DNA of 64,000 nt, from NCBI GenBank assembly GCA_030390025.1, contig CM059432.1, forward strand, positions 71,054,001 through 71,118,000, read 5' to 3'. Made by a program: the position numbers and the translations under genes. Origin of the DNA: Squalus acanthias (lineage: Eukaryota). Positions 24,561 through 36,780 of this stretch are shown here, piece after piece. Within the stretch, counting starts at the first letter, position 1; the number at the start of each line of letters is the position of its first letter. The notes under the pieces were generated by a model, which saw only the letters and a program-made list of their open reading frames with translations, did not search any database and was not told where the DNA came from.

Positions 24561-24810
24561 ACTTCAAGAAGTATATTACTAAACTGCCCCATAATCTTGA
24601 AGAATGTAATCGCAATATCTGAACACGTTTCATAATCTCTCAGTCACTCCTTAATCCCATGTTTTCTTGAATTTAACTACTGGGGTTAAGATTTCCAGTC
24701 AGGGGAAATGGAAGTGTGTCACACTCTCAGTGCACACTTTTGGGTAGAATCCAGAGATTCTGGGATTCTGCTCCATACATCTTCCCTGCTAAATTACAAT
24801 GCTAGGAACA

Positions 24811-25628
24811 TAGGAAAAATTGGGTATTGTCCATTTTGGGGCACTAATATCAGCTGGGCGCAAAGTTTAGCGCCCGGTGCTAATTATCGCCTCCGACTGC
24901 AAAATTCGCCTCTATCGCCCCATGAGGTGATTTGAGCACTAAATCAGGCGCTACACACTTCTCTTAAGGCACAAACGTCAGCGAGTGAGGCGCTACCTCA
25001 GAACGCTACTGATGCCAGTTACCATGGAAGCCAGACAGACTGGCACCATCCAGTTCTTAAAGGGGAGGGGCCATCTTGCTGGCTAGCCATACCCTATGCA
25101 TTGCAGCCTTGAATCTCCACCTGGAGAGACCTCTAAAGCAATTGTATTGGAAGCACTAATGGATATGCCCAGGGAAAGAGCTCGGCGCTTAGGAACCTCA
25201 AAAGTGGTGCTGAAAGCCAAAACTCCTTAGGACAGTATTAAATCTCTCCAGACGTCTCTCTCCCTCTCAACATACGTGTACCAAAAATTTTGCCGACAAG
25301 AAAAGGCAGGAAGTGCCCGCCTTTAAATAGCACTCTCCCAGCCCCTTCCCGACATGAAACCGTTCCCCTTTACCTGTCGTTCCTAGCGGCAGGCGCTAAG
25401 GCAGGGGGCGTGACTCAATATCCAGTCCGGGGCGTTGCACGCTTGACTAATGTCACGATCTGCGGGCGCAGGAGATCGTGGTGGTAGTGTTTAGTGCCAC
25501 CTCAAAACGACTGGTCAATTTCGCGAGCGGCGCTAAAATCGCCGCGCTTGGGCGCTAAGTTCCTAGTGCCCCGTTAGCGCCCCCCGGAGGCGCTAAAGGG
25601 AGGTGCTAAACAACCAAATTTTTCCCCC
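24811..25628. mobile_element. Non-autonomous deletion derivative of the H2/H4 family
   Basis: The right about 440 bp match 8930-9402, including the TIR AAATTTTTCCCCC. The left part matches the Myb 5' region 4612-4735. The junction is near 25190. Confidence 0.85.
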
Positions 25629-26299
25629 ATATTAGGCCTGCCCTCGTAACACCCAGGGAGAACTTTGCGGTCATGTCTGGGAGCGATCTTAACCTATTCC
25701 ACCCAGCTTGCCCAATAGGCCCTGCTGAGAGAAGACCTCATTACTTCAGCAAGCAAGAGGGATCTATTACCTTTCCAAGGGTGCCCCTGTTATCCTTGAG
25801 AGGAATAACAAATACTTTTTGGGCCCTTTTATAAGCATACATGAGCATGCCAGATCTTGGGACTCCCCATGGGAGGTTCACACTGTTGGCAGAACTTCAC
25901 CCAAAGATGTGAAATTTAGCATGGGACCTGCGTGGGTCATTTGCATGGACTCCACCTGCTTCCTGAAATCGAGTGTGTCACTGCAAGTGGGATCTCACAA
26001 AATTGATCCTGCTTTGGGTGAGATTCCATCCGTAGTGGGCTAGGACTTTAAAGACTACTTTCAAGGAATGATTAATAAATTTAAAGATATATGCCCACTT
26101 AAAGGTAATGGAAATAAAATTGTTGTGGCATTTAATGATAGTTGCTAATATTTTTATTGTTTATTTCAACCTTTGCCAAAGGTTCGGTAACAACTGGAGT
26201 GGCTGGTAAAGTTCAGTGGCTGGCAAAATAAAGGTGTAGATAGGAAACTAAACTAAATCTGTCCAAGTATTGGAGCTGTACACTTCAATCCCCTGTTCG

Positions 26300-26650
26300 T
26301 TGGCTGGTGAAATGGAGGGGGTAGCAAGGAGGGTCGCCCTGCTTGTCACTCCAGGGAATCCTGCCCATAAGATAAATTGCAGCACGCCTAAAAGGAGGCA
26401 GAGAAATCTTGAGGTGCAGCTGACTCTTACCCCCACTGGCAATGCCAATGATAAGGAACATGTAGCCCTTGCAGCAGGTGGCACAGCTCTGCATCTAGCT
26501 ATCTATCGACCCACAACCTGTGTGGCTAGTTCTGCAGGATCATTCCCAGGCAGGTGCACCTCTGCCTGTAAGTACGAGTGGGAGAGCATAGGCAAGTGCA
26601 GTCTGCCTCTGGTGCAATCTGACCTGCTTGACATTGCTCCATTGCTCCTC
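26300..26650 (-). pseudogene. Old Harbinger transposase relic
   Basis: Fragments AELCHLLQG, ALPVGVRV and AGFPGV on the minus strand. Confidence 0.55.
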
Positions 26651-27170
26651 TTCTTCTTCCTCCTAAAATTATAAATAAAGGGAGATTCCCACTGCAACAT
26701 CCACTGTCCCAATATTGTGGATATACTAAAAATATGACAGCCCCAGAACATTTTGCACAAAGCTGCCGGACTAAATGGAAATAGGAAAGAAATAACATAA
26801 CAAGAACTTCTTCAGAAATAACCTCAAAATGCTGCTTCGAATCCTGCTGTAGAGCTTTGTGAATGCACTACAGTAAACAGCACACACTAAGGGCTGGATT
26901 TTGCCAGTGTGGGTGGGCTGGGGCGTGTCAGGTGGCATTCGTGTCATGATCCCGACTCCGAAGTGAAGTGGTGAAAAAGTGCGATTTTCCCCTAATTGGG
27001 CAATTGATTTCCAGCGTGTGGGAACCCCTGGCCCAATGAGTCTTTTCATCCAGAATGTCGCCTGCGATGACGTCATCAATGCTGCTGGCTTTAAGGCCTG
27101 CAAGCAGCCTTGCTTCTTCTGGAGACTGCAAATTTTATGGCTATTGTAGTAAGCACTTCATTGATCGACT

Positions 27171-29152
27171 ATGTCCACCAGTAGGCCAAAGTGTGCTCCA
27201 CCCTTCGATGAGCCCTCCCTCCAAGCTCTGGTGGAGGGAGCAAGATCCAATAAGGAGGTGCTCTTCCCTTCCTCAGGGAGAAAAAAGCCACCCCAGCAGA
27301 CTAAAGTTGTGTGGCTGCAAGTGGCCCAGGAGTTCAACTCCATCTCGATGAGCTGCAGAACCTGGCTGCAATGCAGGAAGAGGTTTCATGACCTTCTCCG
27401 CACAGGAAAAGTGAGTATGACTTTCCCATCACCCTCAATCTGATCCCCATCGCCTCTCCTCACCAGCACTCTGCTTTGCCAACCTCTTCCAACACATGCC
27501 ACTTGACACTTACATCCCTGCACCCTTACCCATTCCCTCTCTCTCTATGGTCACATTCACTTAACTATTCGACCATGCAGCCCTCACACTCCCTATCACT
27601 GTGATGCAACGACAACAACTTACAACACACAGGGAGGGTCCTTTGTATCCTTCTAAGCATCTATGCTATGGATTCTCTACACTCACTCCTTCATTCTCAC
27701 TCAAACTCCACTTGTGTCCCTCATTGCAGAAAAAGAGAGCCCACAATAAGAGGGAAAGAGCCATGACAGGAGGAGGGCCACCCTCAGTAGCCCAGCTCAC
27801 CACCTGGGAGGAGGCGGCCCTGGAAATCGCCGGGATCGAGGACGATTCCCAAGTGGGGGACGGACAGACGGGTGCATCACAGCAAGCTGGTGACAGAATA
27901 GTTTGGCATCTCTCTCATTGACATTGCATGAGTCACTGATAATGAATCTGATGCTCTAACAGATTGACTTATGATCATCTGCACTGCAATGTGCATGTAA
28001 CCTTGACCTCACATCTCTAACTCTTTCCTTTACTCCCCCACAGGACCATCGAAAGCCCCCGTTCCCACTGTCCAGGAGGAACAGCCTGAGCCTTCAGACT
28101 CCTCAGAGGAAGCTGCAACCTCTGAGGGCGCAGCATCAGCAGAATTCAGCGCACCCAGCACCAGCGCAGAAACTCACACATCGGTGGGAACATCGCGAGA
28201 TAGAGTAGTGTTGGCACCTGGTGCATCACAGCTCACAAGTGAGCATCAGCAGCTGGTGGAGACATGGACAGCAGTGGAGAGTCCTCATCGGAAGGTGCAG
28301 GACTCTGCCAGCTCGGCTCAGCTGCATGTCGACCCTGTGCCTCCGGGTCCATCCAGCAGGAGAGCGGTGCTGGAACTCCAGGAACAGGTGCAGGAGTCTC
28401 TGGCAGGTTTTGTCTCCAGGGTCGCTGCAAGTGTGGAGCGAATGGAGGAGTCCATCGCAAACATGAGCAGAGCCTTTGTGGAGGCATTGGCACATGAACG
28501 CATCACCGTGGGAAAGATGGCAACCTCCGTGGAAAGGATGGCTACCTTCATGGTAAGGCTGGCTACTGTAGAGGAGAGGATGGCTACGGTAGAGGAGAGG
28601 ATGACTGCGGCCATGGAGGAGCTTAGTCGCCAGGGTCTGGAAAACATGGTCATTGTTCAGAATAGACTGACATCTCTGGAGGAGCGATGGTCAGCTATTG
28701 AGCAGAGAAACCAGACCTTCATGGACGTACTCTGGAGTAGGACTGCCAGTGCAGAAACGGGTCCTCATGGCCCCCCTGCAGTGCAGCAAGGTGCTGTCAA
28801 GCCACTTGCTAGCTCTGAAGTGGGGCTGACCCATGAGAGGGATGTTGGTGGCAGACAACAAGGAAGTGGGGGCTCCTCTCCAAGTGCTCACATGACCATG
28901 CCACTGCAAAGCCCTCGGTCAGAACCCCACCAGAGTCCTCACGCAACTGAGATGGGCGTCTCAGCCCCTGTACAGCCGCAGGAGCAGCAGACTGATACCG
29001 AGCCCTCACAGATTCGCAACCCCAGAGGATGCCCGCCAAAGGTGTCGAGGCAGGAGCAGCATGAAAGTGAGCAAGGGGCCTCCACATCTGCTGAAGCCAC
29101 AGGGGAAGCACCACATAGGAGCACACGTAAGAGGAAGATAATGCACAAGTAG
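27171..29152 (+). CDS. Intact spliced Myb/SANT-like DNA-binding protein with coiled coil, 502 aa; exons 27171-27410, 27730-27889, 28044-29152
   Basis: Splice junctions AAA|GTGAGT, TTGCAG|AAA, CTG|GTGACA and CCACAG|GA have compatible phases (0, 1). The joined 1509 nt have no internal stop. Motifs: APPFDEPSLQALVEG, W..VAQE..., WLQCRKRFHDL, ERAMTGGGPP, and a C-terminal basic stretch RKRK. Confidence 0.8.
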
Positions 29153-29410
29153 TCACAAGGGTAGTCACTTGGGTGCTGTGATGTAATGTTTTTTGAACAG
29201 CCATCCTTGTCATGGTATCATAAACAGATTTGATGGCAAACTGTTGAAGTTGTGGCCTGTGTCATTTCGTAAATGGGACTTCCACATTGAGGGCTTAGGG
29301 TGACTTGCAATTGTCAGTATGGTGGTCAGAGTAATAGGAATCTGCAGGTTCTTGTCCATTGTCGATGGTCTGGTAAGAAGGTGCGAGGCAAAAGTGTCTG
29401 ATTGTGCAGG

Positions 29411-29640
29411 CTAAGCAAATCTGGCCAACATGAGTGCGTCCCTTGCATCCCGGCCAGCAATGTGGTCGCGCGCTGGCGCCTTCTGGCCTGTGCAGCTTCA
29501 GGTGGGTGAGCAGCAGCTTGGCGCGCCTGCTGTTGCTGCTGTTGGTGCTGCTGTTGCTCATGGGTCTGCTGCTGCCGCGGCTGGTCTTCGTCCGAATCTG
29601 ATGTCCAGGAGGAAAGGAAATAAATGTTCGCTATGCTTCT
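29411..29640 (-). pseudogene. Transposase remnant: N-terminus fused to extreme C-terminus, DDE core absent
   Basis: SDSDEDQPRQQQ...AQARRRQR is followed, in another frame, by DHIAGRDARDALMLARFA*, which matches the C-termini of the H1 and H2 transposases. Confidence 0.7.
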
Positions 29641-30395
29641 GGTATATGCCTCAGTTGAGGAAGTGCTCAGACAAGGTGGGGAAAGGGGTTTCCCAGCAGG
29701 TCACACTGGAGATGGGTCTCAGGCTCCAAACTTCCACAACAATGAGTAGGCCTGCTAAAAGCTCCCCCAGACCTGAGACAACAAAGTTCTGCCACCTGCA
29801 AGTGATCATTGGTGAAAACTCCTTTTTAATGGTGGAGCTGCAGCTGCTGGTAAACAATCCACTTGTGAGGCCGCCAGGATTAACTGGCGTGTTCCAGAGG
29901 AGGCGGGTAGGATGGGGGAAATGTCTAAAAATCAGAAAGGCCTCTCAAAATGGGATTATAGAGGCACTTAAGTGGTTGTTAAGGGCTTTAAGGGTCTATC
30001 CCGCCTCTTGGAGGTGGGATGGAAATGGGGTCTGAAAACACGAATGTGGGAAAATTGCTCGGAGGCGGGCTGGAGGCGGGATCGGGCCCGGCCGCCATTT
30101 TTTGCGATTTTGACAACTCACACGCCTCCAAACCCGCCAGAAATCCGGCATAATGCATCTCTGCAAAATTTTCCCATTGGTTCCACCCACTTTTGCCCCA
30201 TTAATCAGATGTAATCAATTGGAAAAGGGCAACGGAGTATAAAGACACATGCTGGGAAATTTCTCAGGGATTTTCCCAATCAGCCATTGTAACTTTGGTA
30301 GAAGATCAGTGGAAATCCTGGAGACAGATATCTTTATTTCGATAAGCAGATTTTCCTCTTTTATATTTGGGCATAAACAATTACACATAGAGGAA

Positions 30396-30635
30396 AGTTC
30401 CCCTCCAAGTCACACACCACCCTGACTTTGAAATATATCACCGTTCCTTCATCGTCGCTGGGTCAAAATCCTGAAACTCCCTCCCTAACAGCACTGTGGG
30501 AATACCTTCACCACATGAACTGCAGCGGTTCAAGAAGGCGGCTCACCACCACCTTCTCGAGGGCAATTAGGGATGGGCAATAAATGCTGGTCTTGCCAGC
30601 GATGCCCACATCCCATTAATGAATAAATTAAAAAG
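30396..30635 (+). mobile_element. CR1-like LINE family 2, 3' end
   Basis: Matches 38750-38985. Confidence 0.85.
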
Positions 30636-30720
30636 AAATCAGGCAGGAGGATTGCATGTTGCTAATGGAGCCTGATTGATTTTTCCATCGATTAATTAAT
30701 AGACTCAATTAATACATTTA

Positions 30721-31474
30721 GGGGGAAAAATTCAGCTGCTTGCGCCTCCCGTTAGCGCCTTAAGAGGGCGCTAATGGGGCGTAAAGCAGCTAACGCCCGG
30801 GCGCAGCGCCGCCCACGCCTCCCGAAAAATTCAGCGGGAGGTTAGCGGCGGCGGCAGCCGGTAGCGCCCTGTGGCGCTGCGCCGCCGGCGATGACGTCAT
30901 CGCCGTGCGCAGCACCCCGCTCGCGCTCCAGCCGCGATCTTCAGTCGCGCCCCCTGATTTACCGCCAGACGCTATGTCCGACGGGTTCAGGGAGGCGTAC
31001 GTGCGGCCGGGGCGGCGATATTTAAAGGGGAGGTGGCAGGCGGCCATTTTTGTTGCTGGCCGCCTGCCAGCACCTGCCCCCGGCCCCCGTGAAGCCCCCC
31101 CACCGTGAAGTGCCGGCTGCGCTCCAAGAGCCCGGCACTTCTCTTGAGTGCCGGGCTCTTTTGCCGGCACTCCCGATCCCTGGGGGCCCAGCTGGGCCCC
31201 GGTTCGCGCTGCGCAGGGTCCCTCCCCTTTAAGAAGGGGAGGAAGGCCTGCAATACCGTGGCGCGACGTGCCGCAGCGCTGCGGCACGTAGCGCCAGGAT
31301 ATTCACTCGCAGCGCCCCAAGAGGGATGCGGGGTGCTTCCAGTGGCGCCCCGCTTCCCTCTTGGGGCGCAACCACTGAAGTTCCGGCGCGGGGCCGCTAA
31401 TTTTTTCGGGGCGCTAAAAGTTGCGCCCCGGCGAGGTTAGCGCCCCAAACGGGGCGCGACTCAATTTTTACCCC
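30721..31474. mobile_element. Young CpG-rich Harbinger MITE (M3)
   Basis: TIR GGGGGAAAAATT / AATTTTTACCCC with TSD TTA; the left end resembles the H2/H4 terminus; GCGCC/GCGCTAA motifs are abundant. Confidence 0.9.
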
Positions 31475-32009
31475 TTAGTCTAAATTTAAACTCTATAAAT
31501 TATGGGAAAATTGAATAGAATAAACATAAACATCCCTTTTAAACAGACTCTGAAGGGTTAAATAAATCTTTTGAACGTTTAGTAACTCATATTAGACAAG
31601 ACATTGCCCCCAGGGCTTGGAGAAGTGGCCTCTTAACATTTATTGTTTTCTTACAGGTTCAGTAATCATGTCATCTGAAATTAAATAAAGGATCAGAACC
31701 TGTACTGCATGATCTCTATGGATGACATCACATGGACTAATCACAGAAGAAATTATACGTACTCAGTCACTGATTAATTATTGCAATAGGACTCTTTATA
31801 AGTGTATTTTTAGGTTTTATTTTGTTACATACACACATATTACAGATTTTTACTGTTGGGTGATGGAATAGTACAGCATAACATGTGCTCAAACTTCACA
31901 TGATATTTAGACACAGTCTGAGGATGATTAATAAGATTAGAACTGAGAGGACAGTCAGTTTTATATACAAATTAGATAGTTCTGTAATGGGAAGCTGGCC
32001 CCAGATCAT

Positions 32010-32850
32010 GGAATTATAGAATGATACAGCACAGAAGTAGGTCATTCGGCCCATCGTGCCTGTACTGGCTCTTTGAAAGAGTTAGTCCCACTCCCCTGCT
32101 CTTTCCTCATAGCCCTGTCATTTTTTCCCCTTCAAGTATATATCTAATTCTCTTTTGAAAGTTACTATTGAATCTGCTTCCTCCGGCCTTTTAGGCTGTG
32201 CATTCCAGATCATAACAATTCGCTGCATAAAAGAAATGTCCTCATGTCACCTCTGATTCTTTTTATTTCTTTGTTTATGGGATTTGGGTGTCGCTGGCAG
32301 GGCCAGCATTTATTGCCCATCCCTAATTGTCCTTGAGAAGGTGGTGGTGGGCTGCCTTCTTGAACCACTGCAGTCCGTGTGGTGAAGGTACTCCCACAGT
32401 GCTGTTAGGTAGGGAGTTCCAGGATTTTGACCCAGCGACAATGAAGGATCGGCGATATACTTCCAAGTCAGGATGGTGCTTGACTTGGAGGGGAACTTGG
32501 AGGTGGTGGTGTTCCCATGCGCCTGCTGCCCTTGTCCTTCTAGGTGGTAGAGGTTACGGGTTTGGGAGGTGCTGCTGAAGAAGCCTTGGTGAGTTGCTGC
32601 AGTGCATCTTGTAGATGGTACACACTGCAGCCACGGTACGCCGGTGGTGGAGGGAATGAATGTTTAAGGTGGTGGACGGGGTGCCAATCAAACGGCTGCT
32701 TTGTCCTGGATGGTGTCGAGCTTCTTGAGTGTTGATGGAGCTGCACTCATCCAGGCAAGTGGATCACCTTAATCTGTGTCCTCTGGTTATTGACCCTTCT
32801 GCCCTTCTGACCCTTCTGCCACTGGAAACAGTCTCTCCTTATTTACTCTA
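32010..32850 (-). mobile_element. CR1 3' fragment interrupted by a family-2 LINE 3' fragment (about 32260-32763)
   Basis: CR1 sequence resumes at 32764 (ATCACCTTAATCTGTGTCCTCTGGTT). Confidence 0.8.
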
Positions 32851-33054
32851 TTAAGAAGTGACAGCTAAAAAGAAAGGGAAAGAAAAGCCAAGGTGCAGAA
32901 ATTACTTTGCAAGCAAGTGATGGAGCCACCCATCATAGACCCCTGTTTGATGACTGCTGAAGCTGAGTTGGTGCTGCAGTGAATGATTATGGGAAGCATG
33001 CCACTCCACCGCACTGTCCCTATAAGCCCGCATTGCAGTGAGCCTGAAAGACTG

Positions 33055-33480
33055 GGTACGGTAGTGAAGTGGTAATGCTACTACACTATTAATCCACAGG
33101 CCTGGATTAATAATCCATAGAAATCCCACCATGGGATTTTTAATTCAGTTTAAAAAAATATCCAAATAAAAAACTAGTAGCAGTAAAAGGGCAAAAAAGC
33201 TGTCGAATTGTCGTTAAAAACTCAATTGGTTCACTAATGTACTTTAGGGGATGAAATCTGCGCTCCTTACCTCAACTGGCCTATAAGTGACTCCAGTCCC
33301 ACACCAACGTGCTTGACCCTTAACTGTCCTCTGAATTGGCCTAGCAAGTCACTCCGTTGTATCAAGCAGCTACAAAAGAGCCCCTTCACCACACGGACTC
33401 CAGCGGTCCAGGAAGGTGGTCCACCGCCACCTTCTCAGGGAAACTAGGGATAAACAATAAATTCCGGCTTTGCTTGTGAC
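33055..33480 (+). mobile_element. Degraded SINE carrying the family-2 LINE tail
   Basis: tRNA-like head GTGGTAATG...CTA.TAATCCA (also on - at about 23580-23660) and tail CACCTTCTCAGGGAAACTAGGGAT. Confidence 0.6.
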
Positions 33481-33482
33481 AC

Positions 33483-34247
33483 CTACTGGTTGCAAGAGGT
33501 GCAAAGTTCTGTGAGCACCTCCTTTGTAATGCGCAGATGCCTCACACACTGCTTCTGGCTCAGGTTGAGGTAAGAGAATTGCTCTCGGAAGACCCTAGGT
33601 CCGTAGGACCTCCTGCTCAGAGCCCTTCTCCCCCTCCTCCTGCTCCCTCTGCGAGCAGCTTGTCCTCTTCTTTGCTGCCTCTGCTGCATTTCCCTGTCAT
33701 GCTGCAGGCCAAGGGGGATGACAACTAGAGCACCCATGACTGGGAGCAATGGTCTGACCAGAACCCTTGAAGTCAGAAGCAAGGCCTTCTCCACTTGCAG
33801 CACCACTCCCTGTCACCTCACCAACTTTAAATAACTCTTGAAAGCTCCAAAAATTCCACAAAATTATACAGAGCCAGTAGAAATCAAAAAGCAAGTTAGC
33901 TGAAAGTTGGTGATGATCCCTTTAAATTGCACTGGTGGGGGTCCTTACTGCTGCTGAACGCATGTTCAGCCGTGTGAGGTTAACACAGGGCGTTAGCTTC
34001 AGTGATGACGACGAAAATGGCAGCACTGGCGTTAAATCAGCGTTGCACACTGATTGACGTCATGATCTTCCTACTTACCATACTTTTAGTGCATGCTCCT
34101 AACGGACGCCCTACTGCCCTCACCAAGATGGCGTCCGGCGCGGCTCGCACCAGAAGTGTGCGTGCGATGCTCGGAAGCCATTTTGGCCCCAATTCGGCAC
34201 CAGTAGTGCCCGTTGTTTGGGCGCTACGCAACCAAATTTCCAGGCCG
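33483..34247 (-). mobile_element. Harbinger end fragment with transposase N-terminus
   Basis: RRALSRRSYGPRVFREQFSYLNLS...EVLTELC; terminus AAATTTCCAGGCC. Confidence 0.8.
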
Positions 34248-36239
34248 TGGTATTTCCGCCAACACTAATCATCTGGCAAATTAAGATATGTTCAACTCCA
34301 GCAGCAGATGTGGGCATATTGGTACCACTGGGTAATCACGGAGCTTTCGCACAGCTTGGCCAGTTGCCATCTTCCATCTGCTTCTTCCAAACACCTCTAA
34401 TAGGGGGATTCCCACTGGGAAATTGATTGGTGCCAGTGATAGTGGCAAAAGAAAAATTTGCACCAATTGGCTCAAAGGTTCGTGAGAAGTTAAGTGCCAG
34501 CAGAGAGAGAGAAAAAAATGGTGCAGAAATGGCCTTAAAACTGTTGAATGAATCTTCTGACTGGGTCCTTAAAATCTACCTCTATATACAGCTCAACACT
34601 GAGCTTCCCAATGACCATTTTAAATTGGTGTGATTGCAAAGTGGTGTGGATTTAGCATAAGGACCGGAAAAAGATGCAGGAGATGTCATGATATCTGCCC
34701 CCTCCCTGCCTGACAGAAATGCATGTCATCTTTAGAAGGCGTAGAAACTCATGAAGCCTTTTTCCAGTCTGTTGCACTCAGTGAACTGCTGCACATGGGG
34801 CGTTAAGGACATAAAAATAGGTTCTTTTTACTATTGTTCTTGGACTGAGTTGCTAAAATAATTTAACTGTCACTTTTTTTATTACAATAAAAGTTGATAT
34901 TTGAGGAAGCGATGACGATTATCATGATTCTACAGACATGAACCAAAGTACTGAGTAATTTAAACTGTCATTAAGTATTAGTCACAATTCTAATTGCACA
35001 ATGTGCTTATTATTCACTATGCATATGTTAGTTTAAAACATCCTCTTTCTCACTTTAAAGTAAAATTTAATTTAAAATGGTCATTGGTAATAATCAGTCA
35101 GCAAATGATCCAGCGAAGTTTAATGGTACCTTAATCAATATTAATCTTAAAACTAATTTAGGCTAATAGCTGTCATGGTTTCTTACCAGTGAGGCAACAT
35201 TAATATTTGGACCTGTTTTGTGTGACTGACAGACCTTCATGTAACAATTAAAATGTAATCAAAAGCAAAATGATTTTCTGGAATACACAGTGGATTGTTT
35301 GTATTAAAAAATTAATTTGACAATTTCTGAAATAGCTTCAAATATTGGTGATGGATCTGACAGGAGCTTACAAAGTGGAATCTTCAATGGTGACAGACTG
35401 CAAACCACCCAATGCAGCCAATTCTATAGTGCATGGCCTCTGAATCACATGAAAAGAGTTTTTTTTCCCTTTTTAACTATCTTCACGTGATTCACATGCC
35501 TAAATGTGAGGCACTTGCATTAACACTGACTGCCTTGGTCACCTGTTTCCACTCCCCCTGACAGCTCTTACTGGGGCTTTGTGCTGCTCCGTGTGAAATC
35601 TGAAGTGGCCGAGCAAGCCATTCAGTTGGACCACACCACTGCAAAGAATAACCAGCATTGTGGCAGCATTTTCACCACATGGACTGCAGTGGTGTGATAC
35701 AACTGAATGGCTTGCTCGGCCACTTCAGATTTCACAGGTTCAAGATGAAGGCCCACCACCACTTTCTCAGGGCAATTAAGGATGGGCAATAAATGGTGGC
35801 CTTGCTTACGATATCCACATCACGAGAATTAATTAAAAAAGTTTTAAAATTCTATGATGTAGTGCACTGGCACTTCTTTTTTTTACTTTCTGCACCTCGC
35901 ATTCCCAGGTTATGTGTAATATAGCTTAGGTACCAAGTTAAAACATTCTCCACACAAACTCAATAATGGCCCAGATTTGTCTCTGTGTGTTAGTGGGAGA
36001 ATAGTGGAAAAGAGACACATCGACAGTCACTCAGGTTTTAACAAGAGACTGAGGTGTAAGCCTGGGCCTTGAGCTGGAAGCTAAAATGCAAGAGGTCAGT
36101 ATTTGCAGTTAGCAGTTGCCTAGAAAAAAGGGAATGCCAAAGTTAATTAGGTCAGCCTATGAAAGTCAGCATGGTTTATTATTTTTTCTCATTTTTCAAG
36201 AAGAGGTGAGATTGAGTGAAGGAAGTGAGATTCACTTTG

Positions 36240-36780
36240 ACTATTACTCATTTATTTGGCGCTTTTATGACTTTAGGGCATCCCAATATTTCACAGCCAA
36301 TGAAATACTTTTGTTATTGTTGTTATGTAGGCAAAGACAGCAGGCAATTTGGGCACACAGCAAGGGCCCACAACAGTAATGGAGATAAATAACCAGATGA
36401 TCTGTTTTAATGATGTTGGTTGAAGAATAAATTTTGGGTAGGACACACGGAGAACTCTCCAGCTCTTCTTTGCATAGTACCATGGAATCTTTTATGTCCA
36501 CCTGAGAGGGCAGACAGTGCCTCAGTTTAATGTTGGATCTAAAAAACAGCACCTCTGACAGTGCAGCACTCCCTCAGGACTACACTGAAGTGTCACCACA
36601 CGGATTGCATTGGTTCAAGAAGGCAGCTCACCACCACGTTCTCAAGGGCAACTAGAGATGGGAAATAAATGCAGGCCTTGCCAGTGATGCCCACATCCCG
36701 TGAATGAATAAAAAAAACGAGCTCAAGTCTAGAGTGTGGCTTTGGACCGATGACCTTCTGAATCCAAATCTACTACTAAG
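36240..36780 (-). mobile_element. Degraded Deu-domain SINE with a family-2 LINE tail inserted (about 36594-36717, +)
   Basis: Similar to 12243-12430 (CAGTGCAGCACTCCCTCAG; CATGGAATCTTTTATGTCCACCTG). Confidence 0.65.

Larger units (their letters stand above)
26891..30175. mobile_element. Myb-only Harbinger element H5
   Basis: Left TIR GGGCTGGATTTTGCC follows TAA. The right end GCAAAATTTTCCC is degenerate and the TSD is not confirmed. The element is collinear with H7 (49202-51891). Confidence 0.85.
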
